Source: an uncultured SAR86 cluster bacterium (GTDB lineage: Bacteria; Pseudomonadota; Gammaproteobacteria; Magnimaribacterales; D2472). Taken from it: a DNA stretch of 59,072 nucleotides. A model generated the notes under the pieces. That model saw nothing but the letters and a program-made list of their open reading frames with translations. It did no database searches and was not told the origin of the DNA. Every line of letters starts with the position of its first letter. Position 1 is the first letter of the stretch. Made by a program: the position numbers and the translations under genes. The DNA lies in NCBI GenBank assembly GCA_902635645.1, contig CACPON010000004.1:1-59072 (forward strand), in the 5' to 3' direction. This document shows positions 22,246-32,489 of the stretch, in pieces.

Positions 22246-23105
22246 TGAAAATTGCTTCAATTGATATAGGCACAAATGCCATAAAGTCTAAAATTTTTAA
22301 GACCACTCCAACATCAATTGAATTCATAGAAGGAATAAGATCGCCTATAAGATTAGGCTCAAATGTCTTTAAAGAAGGCTATCTGAAAAAAAATAAATTA
22401 AATGAATTAGTAAAAACTTTAAAAAAATATCAAAATAATTTTAATAAAAATCATATAAAAATGTATGAAATTGTTGCTACTAGCGCCTTTAGAGATACTC
22501 AAAACTCAGAAGATGCTAGAAGATATGTTGAAAATAAAATTGAACACCCGATTAGAATAATCTCAGGATTAGAAGAAGCAAAATTAATTAGTCTTCATCC
22601 CAAAGCTCAATCAAAAAATAAAAATGTATTTGTAGATGTGGGCGGAGGAAGCACGGAAATCTATATATACCAAGATGATCAGCATATTATTCAATCATTC
22701 CAATTAGGGGCTGTAAGAGGAATGCTTAATAAAAATGATCTGAGTGAATGGAAAAGATTAAAGAATTGGTTGAAAAAACAAAATAAAGTAGAGTTTTTAG
22801 TTGGTCTGGGAGGCAATATTAGATCTTTTTTAAAAATCTATGAATCAAATAAGATGCCAACTAATGATCTTATTCAATTTGCCAATGAGCTAGGTGCATT
22901 AAGTCTTAATGAAAAAATAAAAAAATATAATCTAGCCAACGATAGAGCTGACGTTATAGATGAAGCATTAAAAATTTATATCGAAATTGCAAAACTTTTA
23001 AAAGTAAAAACTATCAAATCAACTAAATGGGGAGTTTCTGATTCAATTGCAGTAAAGATATTCCATGAGCTCTATTCAGATAAGATAACGATCTCAAGAA
23101 GCTAG
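22245..23105 (+). CDS. ppx: Exopolyphosphatase Ppx/GppA (short form)
   Basis: IDIGTNA, ATSAFR, IISGLEEA, DVGGGSTE, RADVI; TAATG overlap with ppk2. Confidence 0.92.
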   Translation: MKIASIDIGTNAIKSKIFKTTPTSIEFIEGIRSPIRLGSNVFKEGYLKKNKLNELVKTLKKYQNNFNKNHIKMYEIVATSAFRDTQNSEDARRYVENKIEHPIRIISGLEEAKLISLHPKAQSKNKNVFVDVGGGSTEIYIYQDDQHIIQSFQLGAVRGMLNKNDLSEWKRLKNWLKKQNKVEFLVGLGGNIRSFLKIYESNKMPTNDLIQFANELGALSLNEKIKKYNLANDRADVIDEALKIYIEIAKLLKVKTIKSTKWGVSDSIAVKIFHELYSDKITISRS

Positions 23106-23554
23106 TTAAATATCAATTCAGCGCTTACTTTATTGTTAAAGTTTTCATATTTGATATTAGTTATTTCTCTATTGGAACTATTAACTAGTTTTTCTGATAG
23201 AGTAACAGCATCACTGATATTAGTAGATAAGAAACTTATATAAATGGATGAGTTTTTCTCAGTTATATTGAGATCAGTTATATTATCCTGAAAACTGTTA
23301 TCGATAATAATTCTTTCAATATTCTCACTGCTAAGATTTTTTTTGTTATTGGAACTTTCAAAAAGTTTAACTTTATTGTAAACATATTCGTAGTCTGATT
23401 TAGCTTTTGCTAAGTTTATTGAGGACCTGGTATAACTCGAATAAACATTCATAAATGAAAAGTATAGAATAAGAAAAATAATTAAAACAAAGGAAATCAG
23501 AACTAGTTTCCTTTCTCTTTCTTGAAGATTTTTATATAAATTAATTATTTTCAT
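23102..23554 (-). CDS. gspM: T2SS protein GspM
   Basis: LQERERKLVL followed by a TM helix; last gene of the gsp cluster. Confidence 0.75.
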   Translation of the reverse strand: MKIINLYKNLQERERKLVLISFVLIIFLILYFSFMNVYSSYTRSSINLAKAKSDYEYVYNKVKLFESSNNKKNLSSENIERIIIDNSFQDNITDLNITEKNSSIYISFLSTNISDAVTLSEKLVNSSNREITNIKYENFNNKVSAELIFN

Positions 23555-24689
23555 ATTTTAGGTTTAATACTCCATCAATATTGCCATCTGTTGTTTCTAA
23601 GTTTTGTTCAGAAATTTTAATATTTAATTTTTCAGCCCCATTTTTTAATATATTAAATTGAAAAGAAGGCATCGAATTTATCTTTACTTTTGCAGAAGAG
23701 TTTTTTACATCAACTGTAATATCTGAAATATATTTTTCGCCATATTTAAAGAATAAATCTAAATTTGGAAGCTTGATATCAGGTGTATTATTCATAGGAA
23801 CGTTTTCTAAAATTTGATCTATTTGGTTCCTGGGAGCTACCACCCTATTAATATCCTTGCTTAATGAAGAAAAAATATTAAAAGTAGCATCAACAAATAG
23901 TTGAGTATCATGCTTGTTTTTATAAACAAGGTAATTTGGAGCAAGAATTATAAAAAATATGGCTAATAGAGAACTGATTAATTGTGCTCTAGAAAAACTC
24001 ATTTTCTTTATAAATAAATTTAAAGATAAGTTAATTTTAAAAAAATTAGGCAAAGATTCTACTTTTGTACTGTCAACATCCTGAAATACAAAATCTTTAT
24101 TCTCATTTGTAGACTTGAATTTATTATTTAAATCAATGTTAGAACTATAAATTATTGGCTCATAGTTTGGCTTATCATTGACAACAAGCTCTAGATATTG
24201 GTTTAGATTGTTACTGGAAATACTAAAACCGCATTTATTTTTGTACGCAAACATAAATTTTTCATCTATCTGAGTAATAGAATCAGAATCATTAAATGAA
24301 TTAATGAGATATTCCGGAGTAACATGTACTTTATAATTTAAATTGCTTAAATATTGATTTAATTCAGCTAAAAAACTTTTATTTACAACGTATCCTGCTG
24401 CTTCAGAAAGAAAATACTCATTATCAGATACAGAATCAATAAAATTTGAATCAACATCAGAAATAAAATTTGCAATATTTATTTGCTCAGATAAAGAGCT
24501 ATTTTGAATAAATTCGTATGAGGTAACCTCTGAAGATGGAATTAAAACTAACAGCAATTTAGCATCATCAATGTCATCAAGTTGTCTAAGTGAGTTAATC
24601 GTTTTTTTAGATTCATTTTTACTGGTTGCATTGTATAAATGAATTAAATCAAGGTTTGAGCTAAGAATATGTGCTATGTAGAAGTTCAT
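23541..24689 (-). CDS. gspL: T2SS protein GspL (divergent)
   Basis: Position between K and M; cytoplasmic domain (VLIPS..V), single TM, PRNQI periplasmic motif. Confidence 0.7.
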   Translation of the reverse strand: MNFYIAHILSSNLDLIHLYNATSKNESKKTINSLRQLDDIDDAKLLLVLIPSSEVTSYEFIQNSSLSEQINIANFISDVDSNFIDSVSDNEYFLSEAAGYVVNKSFLAELNQYLSNLNYKVHVTPEYLINSFNDSDSITQIDEKFMFAYKNKCGFSISSNNLNQYLELVVNDKPNYEPIIYSSNIDLNNKFKSTNENKDFVFQDVDSTKVESLPNFFKINLSLNLFIKKMSFSRAQLISSLLAIFFIILAPNYLVYKNKHDTQLFVDATFNIFSSLSKDINRVVAPRNQIDQILENVPMNNTPDIKLPNLDLFFKYGEKYISDITVDVKNSSAKVKINSMPSFQFNILKNGAEKLNIKISEQNLETTDGNIDGVLNLKYENN

Positions 24690-25655
24690 TTAGATACCAT
24701 TATAAATTCTTGAGGTAATATAGCTATTATTATTGACTCCATAGTAAATCTTACTAACAGAATCTGAAACATAATCCTCATATGAAAATGATGTGGTGAG
24801 CGTAAATTTTGAGGATGAAAACTCAATATGCATATTTCCATTATCTAATTCATAAGATGGAAATGCTCGCTTAAGATCATTAATATCCCTAAAGCCTTCC
24901 TCGGGAATATTATCCAATATGTATTGAGCATCAGTATATGGCATATTTGAAAACATTGAAGCTAATAGCATGTCATGACGCATTTCAAGTGTGTTTATAT
25001 TTACATTAAGTATATTGTCGGGAAAAACACAAAAATTATCCTCAAAAATGCTCCAACCTATCTTTCTTATAGCTGGAAGACCCTTTAGCTCAGCAAGTGC
25101 ATAAAACAATCTACTACCGGTGTACTCTTTTGGGTTGTTTAATGGTCCAGAATAGTAATAATCTTCTAAGCCATATGCTCTTGGATTAGAGTCACCATCA
25201 ATCCAATCAATAATTTGATCAATAGCTTCATCTGTTAAATTTAAATCGACTTCATTTAAAGTCATTAATTTTTTAAAAACTTCTATGTTCTTTTCATTTG
25301 GTTTAAATTCATTCTTAACTTTTTTGACAATAGAATTAATGTTAAAACAGTTTGAAGCGTCAGTAATTTTTCCTGTAACAATGCCATTATTTAATTCAAA
25401 AATAAAATCATTAAGAAATAATGAATTATTCTTTGCATGTATCTTTGAATTAAATCTAAGTTCGTTATCAATCTTTTTTTGTGCAAGAGATTCAATATTT
25501 CTAAAAATATTTAGAGATACTGTCTGGAATTCAGCATATTGAGCTCTTTTAAATGAAACAAAATAATTGTTTCCAATTAGAACTGCGACTGATGAAAGTA
25601 GTAAAACTATCATCAAAACAGATATTAAAACAACTCCTTTAGTTTTGTAATGCAT
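24690..25655 (-). CDS. gspK: T2SS minor pseudopilin GspK
   Basis: KG|VVLISVL cleavage site, CFNINS, IIDWIDGD, VNINT. Confidence 0.93.
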   Translation of the reverse strand: MHYKTKGVVLISVLMIVLLLSSVAVLIGNNYFVSFKRAQYAEFQTVSLNIFRNIESLAQKKIDNELRFNSKIHAKNNSLFLNDFIFELNNGIVTGKITDASNCFNINSIVKKVKNEFKPNEKNIEVFKKLMTLNEVDLNLTDEAIDQIIDWIDGDSNPRAYGLEDYYYSGPLNNPKEYTGSRLFYALAELKGLPAIRKIGWSIFEDNFCVFPDNILNVNINTLEMRHDMLLASMFSNMPYTDAQYILDNIPEEGFRDINDLKRAFPSYELDNGNMHIEFSSSKFTLTTSFSYEDYVSDSVSKIYYGVNNNSYITSRIYNGI

Positions 25656-26235
25656 AGGTTATGTTCGGATCAATGATCCATGAATACTCTTTATTTTTCT
25701 TTGAAAATTCAATTTTTATCAAAGTAGGAATTTTTTTTGAGGTTATAAGACTAATTGGCCACGATTCATGCCACGAGTTTTCATAGAAGAAAGAGAGTTG
25801 TAAATTTTCAATATCTTTAATTAATTCAATTTCTGTGAAATCGTCTTGACTATAAGGGTTTGAGGAAAAAAATTGTTTTCTGACCAACCTGTTATCAATT
25901 AATTCATAGTTAATTCTTTTAATTGGAGAAACGTCATTAGATATAGATTTAATATTTGAATTAAATATTAAACTATCTGAGTTAATTTGATTTATTAAAG
26001 TTCCATAGAGGTTATTACCGTAAAAATCTTTCATACGAGCATTTACGATTTGTCTAAAATCTCTTCTAATAATGGTTGAAGCTAAGCTTAATTCTTTAAT
26101 TGAATTTAGTTGTGCAGATGTTTCTTGTTCTGACTCTAAAGATGATTTTAAGATATTAGATGATACTATTGCTATCATTGAAAGAATAACCAGTGATACC
26201 AAAACTTCAATTATTGTAAAACCTTTATTATTCAT
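25639..26235 (-). CDS. gspJ: T2SS minor pseudopilin GspJ
   Basis: KG|FTIIEVL, RRDFRQ, W..SWP. Confidence 0.9.
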   Translation of the reverse strand: MNNKGFTIIEVLVSLVILSMIAIVSSNILKSSLESEQETSAQLNSIKELSLASTIIRRDFRQIVNARMKDFYGNNLYGTLINQINSDSLIFNSNIKSISNDVSPIKRINYELIDNRLVRKQFFSSNPYSQDDFTEIELIKDIENLQLSFFYENSWHESWPISLITSKKIPTLIKIEFSKKNKEYSWIIDPNITYALQN

Positions 26236-26614
26236 TAATAAGAAATCCTTCAGATTTATATAAATATTGATTAGAATTTTTTTCTTGAACTAATATTACA
26301 TATTTTATAAGTTCCTCAGAATCACTGGCTTCAAAGGTTTCTTCCCAACGCCATTCTTTACTACCCATCTTCATATATCCTGAGCGAGCATTGCCAATTG
26401 ATGGTTTTTCAATAGTGTGAATTAAAGCTATTCTGTTATTTGCAACTTCCTTAGAGTGATAATAATCATCTAAATTAAATATGGATATGCTTGTAGACAA
26501 AACTAAATTATATAAAACAAGTATTGAAGTGCTTAGAATAAATAAGGCTACAACTATCTCAATTAAGCTAAAGCCTTTTTTAGTAGTTGATAATTTGTGA
26601 TGTGACTTTTCCAT
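26228..26614 (-). CDS. gspI: T2SS minor pseudopilin GspI
   Basis: KG|FSLIEI, VANN, MGSKEWRW. Start chosen at the ATG at 26614. Confidence 0.88.
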   Translation of the reverse strand: MEKSHHKLSTTKKGFSLIEIVVALFILSTSILVLYNLVLSTSISIFNLDDYYHSKEVANNRIALIHTIEKPSIGNARSGYMKMGSKEWRWEETFEASDSEELIKYVILVQEKNSNQYLYKSEGFLINE

Positions 26615-27095
26615 TAGAGTTAATTTCAATTTTTTGAATATAATTATCAAAATATATATTTATATGGCCTCCAGAGTTTTCACCTGAAGGATAAAATAAT
26701 AGCAAAGGTGATTCATCGACGTCTAAATTAAAATCAATCTCAGAGCCATCAAATGACTTAAATGTTTTTTTAAAATTTGTCAGATTCTTCCAATTATTAG
26801 AATACGGATTTGCAACATCTGAAATGACTTTGTTGTTGTTATCAAGAGAGTAAGAAAATTGATTATTATTGTCAGCATGCCAACCTATGACATTACCAGT
26901 GATAATGCTTTCTTCAGATAGATAATGAAAAAATTTAGCAAAAGTTGATTGATTTTTTGAAATCGAAGTAGCTGAGCTGAAATTTAAAAAGATTAGTGAT
27001 GAGGCAATACCTATTACAATGAGAACAACAAGTATCTCTATAAGAGTAAACCCTCTTTTAAAATTATTGCATCCAATTACCGATGTCAGTGTCAT
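26580..27095 (-). CDS. gspH: T2SS minor pseudopilin GspH
   Basis: RG|FTLIEIL, FYPSGE. The start at 27095 overlaps the gspG 3' end (start uncertain). Confidence 0.85.
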   Translation of the reverse strand: MTLTSVIGCNNFKRGFTLIEILVVLIVIGIASSLIFLNFSSATSISKNQSTFAKFFHYLSEESIITGNVIGWHADNNNQFSYSLDNNNKVISDVANPYSNNWKNLTNFKKTFKSFDGSEIDFNLDVDESPLLLFYPSGENSGGHINIYFDNYIQKIEINSNGKVTSQIINY

Positions 27096-27492
27096 CTCCA
27101 GATCCGCCCTCCATTCCATCTGCACCTAAAGTGTATAAATCAAATTTTTTAGATTTTCTTGGTGGAAATTCATAAAGATATTCTCTTCCCCATGGATCTA
27201 GCGGTATAGAAGAAATATAACCATCCTCAGGAAACAAGTAAGGATTTTTTAAGCTACTATTTGGAATTATAAGAGCCTCTAATCCTTGAGAAGTAGATGG
27301 ATACTGAAGTTCATTAAATTTATACATTTCTAATGCTTTTTCAGTTTGAGCCATGTCTGCTTTAATTTTTTCTAAATTTGCTCTTTGGAAAACCGGGGAA
27401 ACATTAATAACAACAATAGTACCTAAAATACCAAGTATAACTAATACAGCCATTAGCTCTATTAAAGTAAAACCTTTTTTATATTTTTTCAT
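27064..27492 (-). CDS. gspG: T2SS major pseudopilin GspG
   Basis: KG|FTLIELM, YPSTSQGLEAL, DPWG, LGADG..GG.G.D.DIGNW. Confidence 0.97.
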   Translation of the reverse strand: MKKYKKGFTLIELMAVLVILGILGTIVVINVSPVFQRANLEKIKADMAQTEKALEMYKFNELQYPSTSQGLEALIIPNSSLKNPYLFPEDGYISSIPLDPWGREYLYEFPPRKSKKFDLYTLGADGMEGGSGDDTDIGNWMQ

Positions 27493-27495
27493 AAT

Positions 27496-28692
27496 TTATC
27501 CTAATGAGAGAGTGTTCATCTGCATTATAGGGATTAGTATAGCTAGAACAATTAACATAATAAAACCACCCATAAAAATTATAACTATAGGTTCCAGGAG
27601 CGATAAAAATACCGATCTTTTAGAGTCTATTTCATTTCTTAAAAAATCTGATGCCTTATAAAACATTCTTACTAAATTTCCTGACTTATATCCGCTAGAA
27701 ATTAATTGCATGAATATGTTTGGAAATACTTTTGTTTTATTTAATGAAATAATAAAGTCTTTGCCCTCAACCACATCATTTTTTGCATTCATCACAATAT
27801 AATGTAAGTATTTATTATTAAAAACTTTCGAAGACTCTTCTAAGGCAATATCTAAATTAGTTCCAGATTCCATAATTAATGCCATGGTGCTCGAAAACCT
27901 TTCAACTTCAGATATTAAGATAAAACCACCAATCAAGGGCAAATTTAAAAATTTTTTATGAGCGGAGATATGATTTTCAATATTTGCTACATGTTTTTTA
28001 TAACCGAATGTAATTAAAAAAATAAGTATGGCTAAAAATAAAAGAATTATAAAAATATTATTTGATAACCCTATTAATAAAGTTGTTATTAAAGGTAGTT
28101 CAGCACCTGCTTTCACAAACTGTCCAATAACTTGTGGTAATACAAAAGTTAACAAAGCAATTATCACTACTATAGAAAACCCTATTAAGATAATTGGATA
28201 AGTTAAAGCTGAAAAAACCTTTTGTCTAATAGATGCACTCTCTTCCAGGTAATCTGCTAACTTATTAAATATTAGATCAAGGCTACCTGATGAGTCTCCA
28301 GCAGTAACCAAAGATGAATATGTATTATCAAAAACATCTGGATACTTTTTCATTGACTGTCCAAGTCTTTTTCCTTGTATTACATCTTCTCGTAAATTAA
28401 GAATAATACTTATTAAATCCTTATTATTTAATTGATCTGCGGTTATTTTTAATGCATCTATAATAGATGTATTCGCCTCAAGGAGAGTAGCTAACTGCCT
28501 CGTCATCAATACAATTTCTTTGTTTTTTATCTTTGATCTAAATGAAGGTCTCCTAGTTGCAACAGTTACACTTACTGGAGTTAATTGAAGTTCTTTTATA
28601 TATCTTCTTGCTTCTCTTTCAGATGAAGCGCTCAGAATTCCCTTTTTCTTTGTGCCACTATTATTTAGAGCAATATAATTATAGGTTGGCAT
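27496..28692 (-). CDS. gspF: T2SS inner-membrane platform GspF
   Basis: TRQLATLL, ALTYP, LLEP..I..MGG..IVLAIL.PI. Confidence 0.95.
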   Translation of the reverse strand: MPTYNYIALNNSGTKKKGILSASSEREARRYIKELQLTPVSVTVATRRPSFRSKIKNKEIVLMTRQLATLLEANTSIIDALKITADQLNNKDLISIILNLREDVIQGKRLGQSMKKYPDVFDNTYSSLVTAGDSSGSLDLIFNKLADYLEESASIRQKVFSALTYPIILIGFSIVVIIALLTFVLPQVIGQFVKAGAELPLITTLLIGLSNNIFIILLFLAILIFLITFGYKKHVANIENHISAHKKFLNLPLIGGFILISEVERFSSTMALIMESGTNLDIALEESSKVFNNKYLHYIVMNAKNDVVEGKDFIISLNKTKVFPNIFMQLISSGYKSGNLVRMFYKASDFLRNEIDSKRSVFLSLLEPIVIIFMGGFIMLIVLAILIPIMQMNTLSLG

Positions 28693-30178
28693 CTTCTTTT
28701 AAATTTCCAACCCTAATAAGTTCTTCTGCTGAAGTAACACCATTTATTAAAAGACCTAACGAGGCCTGATCAATTGATTGATTGTCTTTAAAAACATAAT
28801 TTGAAATCTCATTTTCAGAGGAGTTATTATGAATCATATCTTTTAATACTTTATCTACTTGAATACATTCGGCGATAGCAATCCTTCCTTGATATCCAGT
28901 ATGTGTGCAGTCCTCACATCCTTTAGAGTTATATATTTTTTTACCAGCTGCTAAGTTAAACAGTTTAGCTATCTCATTAGTAGCATCTTCTTCATAACGA
29001 CAATTTAAACACAATCTTCTTACAAGTCTTTGAGAGATTATTGTTCTTAAACTTGAAGCTAAAAGAAAGGATTCAATACCCATATCTCGAAGCCTTGTGA
29101 TTGCAGCAATAGCACTATTAGTATGGACTGTAGAAAGCACTAGATGTCCGGTTAAACTAGCTTGAATACCAATTTGTGCAGTCTCAACATCTCTCATTTC
29201 ACCAATCATAACAACATCAGGGTCTTGTCTAAGAATAGCTCTCAATCCTTTAGCAAATGTATATCCAGTTTTTGAATTAACTTGAGTCTGGCCAACTCCT
29301 TCAAGTGTATATTCCACTGGATCTTCAACTGTTAGAATATTCTGGGAAGAGTCACTTAAATATCGGAGGCCTGCATATAAAGTTGTAGTTTTACCAGAAC
29401 CGGTTGGACCAGTGAATAAGATTATTCCCTCTGGATTTTTTAAAGAGGATTTATAATTTGATAATATTTGCTCTGGTAGACCTAGATCATCAATATTTAT
29501 TTGAGCTGACTGTTTATCTAACAACCTTAAAACTACCCTCTCACCATATGAAGAAGGTAAGGTTGAAACTCTGACATCAACACTTTTATCACCAAGAGAA
29601 AGTGAAACCCTACCATCTTGTGGCAATCTTCTCTCAGAAATATCTAATCCAGAAATAATTTTAATTCTAGAAATTAAAACTGAAGATATTTTACTATCTT
29701 GTGATAAAACTTCTCTTAGAATTCCATCAACCCTATATCTGATTATAATTTTATCTTCATATGGCTCAAAATGAATATCTGAGGCTCTATTTCTGATAGC
29801 CTGACTAATGACTCCATTAATTAATTTTATTATTGGGGTATCATCACCTCCACTTAATAAATCTTCAGTAGCAGTAATTGAACCTGCAAAAGATTGAAGA
29901 TCGAATTCGTCAGATAATTCTTCTGATATGTCATTAGATGTATCATCAGCAGAGAAGGTATTTGTTAAAAGTTCATTGAATTCTTCTGAACTACATTGTT
30001 TAAATGTAAATTCAGTTTTTAGGAACTTAAAAAGTTCATGATAAAGGTCTGGTGAAATTTTATTTGGGGAAATTACCTCGTATCCATCAGGATCCTTAGA
30101 TGCAATGATCTGATTTTCTTTAACAAAGTCATAGGGAAGAATATTAAATTTTTCTCTATCCATGGACGAAAAGGACAT
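28679..30178 (-). CDS. gspE: T2SS ATPase GspE
   Basis: ASDIHFEP, GPTGSGKTTT, LRQDPD, TGHLVLSTVH, two CxxC zinc motifs. Confidence 0.97.
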   Translation of the reverse strand: MSFSSMDREKFNILPYDFVKENQIIASKDPDGYEVISPNKISPDLYHELFKFLKTEFTFKQCSSEEFNELLTNTFSADDTSNDISEELSDEFDLQSFAGSITATEDLLSGGDDTPIIKLINGVISQAIRNRASDIHFEPYEDKIIIRYRVDGILREVLSQDSKISSVLISRIKIISGLDISERRLPQDGRVSLSLGDKSVDVRVSTLPSSYGERVVLRLLDKQSAQINIDDLGLPEQILSNYKSSLKNPEGIILFTGPTGSGKTTTLYAGLRYLSDSSQNILTVEDPVEYTLEGVGQTQVNSKTGYTFAKGLRAILRQDPDVVMIGEMRDVETAQIGIQASLTGHLVLSTVHTNSAIAAITRLRDMGIESFLLASSLRTIISQRLVRRLCLNCRYEEDATNEIAKLFNLAAGKKIYNSKGCEDCTHTGYQGRIAIAECIQVDKVLKDMIHNNSSENEISNYVFKDNQSIDQASLGLLINGVTSAEELIRVGNLKEDANL

Positions 30179-30184
30179 CGCTCA

Positions 30185-32044
30185 TTAATCTTTTGGATTG
30201 GTTAAGTCAATTAGTTGTTGAGATTCACCAGTTAACATTTGTCTAGCTTTTATATAATTGTATTTATCACTTGATGCGGACATGGCTGATTCTGCATCAG
30301 TTATTATAGTTGGTCTTAAGAAAACCATTAGGTTTTTCTTAACAGTAGTTGAGGAAGAGGACTGAAATAATCTTCCAAGAATAGGTACTGATCCAAGAAG
30401 TGGAACCTTAGAAACAGTATCTTGTTTGTCTTCATCAACAAGACCCCCAAGAACTATAATTTGATTGTTATCAACAAGTGCTGTTGTCTCAATTGCTCTT
30501 TTATTTGTAATAATATCTATACCACTCATGGGAACTCCAGCAACACCGGAAACCTCAATTTTAATTTGCATAACAACAGAACTACCTTCATTTATTTGAG
30601 GTGTTACTTCAAGTTTAATACCAACCTCTTGTCTAGATGTAGTTCTAAAAGGATTAGCATTATTAGTTCCCAAGCTTTCACCTGTAGTAATTGGAATTTC
30701 TTGACCAATTATAGAAGTAGCTAACTCATTATCCATTGCCATTAGTGATGGAGTTGCAAGTATGTTTGAATTAGAGTCTTGTGATATTGCATTAATAATT
30801 CCTACAAAATTATCCTTGCCAGGAGTTAAATCACCAAACCCAGCTATCAATCCTTGTGTATTAAGTAACGATGCTGAAGCCGTGGTTGATAAATTTACAT
30901 CAGTTTCATCAGCTGAAGAGCCAATAATTGTTAAGAGATCTGGTCCTGAGCCACCAAAACGAGTTACGCCAATTGGAACACTGTCTTTATCAGTTCCATT
31001 AAAAACAGTCTCAACACCAAGAGAACTGGCGGCAGTCTCTGATAATTCAACAATTATAGCTTCAACCAAGACCTGTGCCCTTCTTATATCAAGCTGAGAA
31101 ATAATATTCCTGATAGTTGCTAAATTAGCTTCTGCAGATGAAATAATTAAAGAATTAGTTTTTTCATGATGTGTTATAACTGTTTTAGCGCCATCATTGT
31201 CAGGTATGAATCCGCTTGAAACAGAATTAAGGATTGCAGCTATGTCAGCAGATTTAGCATATTTTAGGTAAACGACATCAATTGAGTCATCTGTTTTAAC
31301 ATCCTCATCTAGTGATTTGAGTGTTTCGTTAATATTATTAGTGACATATTCATTAGCTGAAACAATTACTGAATTAGATGGATTGAATGGTATAGCTATA
31401 AATTTGTTAATAGTAGGGTTATTTTGGGCTTTTAACTTATCAAGAATTCTGACTGCTTCAATGGAAGATAGGTTATTTAATTTTATAATTGATATTTTAG
31501 CAGCATTATTTTTATCTAAATCCTTTATAAGATCATTAATCCTTTGAACATTGCTAGATCTATCTACAATTAGAATAGAGTTTATTGAGGGGATGCTTGA
31601 TAAATGAGATTGTCTACCCGTTATAGGTTTTATCATTGGCAGAACCTCTTCAGTTGATCTGTTTATTAAAGGTATTACTAATGTTTGATAGTCTCCTGAT
31701 GAGGATACAGATGCGGTATTTTCATCTCTTGTAGCTTCATTCTCAGGAACAATTCTTACAAAACCATTTTCAGAAATTGCACTAAATCCATTTACTTGAA
31801 TTGTTCTTAGATATACATCCCAAACTTGTCTTCTATCTAAATTAGCATTTGAGTATATTGTTATTCTTCCTTTAACTCTTGGGTCTAAAATAATTGTTTT
31901 TTTTGAAAATTGAGCTATATCCTGTGTTACTTTTTTTATGTCTACATCCTCATAGTTAAGAATAAAAGATTCTTGTGTCAATAACACATTTACACTTCCA
32001 AAAAACAGAAATAAGCTCAAAATTATATTTTTAAAAAATTTCAT
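30185..32044 (-). CDS. gspD: T2SS secretin GspD
   Basis: ILDPRVKG, LDIRRAQVLVEA, GIKLEVTPQIN, KVPLLG..P.LG.LF. Start set at MKFF (32044), just after the gspC stop. Confidence 0.96.
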   Translation of the reverse strand: MKFFKNIILSLFLFFGSVNVLLTQESFILNYEDVDIKKVTQDIAQFSKKTIILDPRVKGRITIYSNANLDRRQVWDVYLRTIQVNGFSAISENGFVRIVPENEATRDENTASVSSSGDYQTLVIPLINRSTEEVLPMIKPITGRQSHLSSIPSINSILIVDRSSNVQRINDLIKDLDKNNAAKISIIKLNNLSSIEAVRILDKLKAQNNPTINKFIAIPFNPSNSVIVSANEYVTNNINETLKSLDEDVKTDDSIDVVYLKYAKSADIAAILNSVSSGFIPDNDGAKTVITHHEKTNSLIISSAEANLATIRNIISQLDIRRAQVLVEAIIVELSETAASSLGVETVFNGTDKDSVPIGVTRFGGSGPDLLTIIGSSADETDVNLSTTASASLLNTQGLIAGFGDLTPGKDNFVGIINAISQDSNSNILATPSLMAMDNELATSIIGQEIPITTGESLGTNNANPFRTTSRQEVGIKLEVTPQINEGSSVVMQIKIEVSGVAGVPMSGIDIITNKRAIETTALVDNNQIIVLGGLVDEDKQDTVSKVPLLGSVPILGRLFQSSSSTTVKKNLMVFLRPTIITDAESAMSASSDKYNYIKARQMLTGESQQLIDLTNPKD

Positions 32045-32045
32045 A

Positions 32046-32447
32046 TTATTTTTCTTCATCATTATCAATTCTATACATTTTATTACCATTACGAAATATA
32101 GCGCTATTTTGATTTACTTCAACCAGCTCAAATGTATTATCTAATAACTGACCCATTCCAACTAAATATTCTTTATTCGCCTTCTTTACAATAACAGATG
32201 AATTTTCTCCTCCAGACCGTATTCCTATTAACTTGTAATTAAAGTCAATCTCAATTAACTCATCTGCAACGTAATTTTCATCACTTATTAACGACTGTTC
32301 TGAAATAAATTCCTCAATAGTTATATTACCAATATCCTCTATGACTGGAGTGTTCTTATATGATTCGAACAATAAATATACAAAAAAAATAGATATCAAT
32401 GACAATAATATTAGAACAGTATTTTTAAGAAATTTAAAATTTAGCAT
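32046..32447 (-). CDS. gspC: Minimal GspC-like protein (TM + HR domain, no PDZ)
   Basis: First gene of the gsp cluster; TM helix then YKLIGIRSG..SSVIV...YLVG....L.EV, a GspC/PilP-type pattern. Confidence 0.7.
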   Translation of the reverse strand: MLNFKFLKNTVLILLSLISIFFVYLLFESYKNTPVIEDIGNITIEEFISEQSLISDENYVADELIEIDFNYKLIGIRSGGENSSVIVKKANKEYLVGMGQLLDNTFELVEVNQNSAIFRNGNKMYRIDNDEEK

Positions 32448-32454
32448 AAATATA

Positions 32455-32475
32455 ATGGGCTACATTGTAGCCCAT
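32455..32475. terminator. Hairpin between the TonB receptor and gspC
   Basis: ATGGGCTACA-t-TGTAGCCCAT perfect inverted repeat; weak U-tract on the coding (minus) strand. Confidence 0.65.
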
Positions 32476-32489
32476 ATTTTTATAAATTT

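Noticed and set aside
23102-32447. Cluster as type IV pilus or competence machinery
   Set aside because: GspG, GspK and GspD signatures and C-M order are T2SS-type; no PilT or PilM/N/O.
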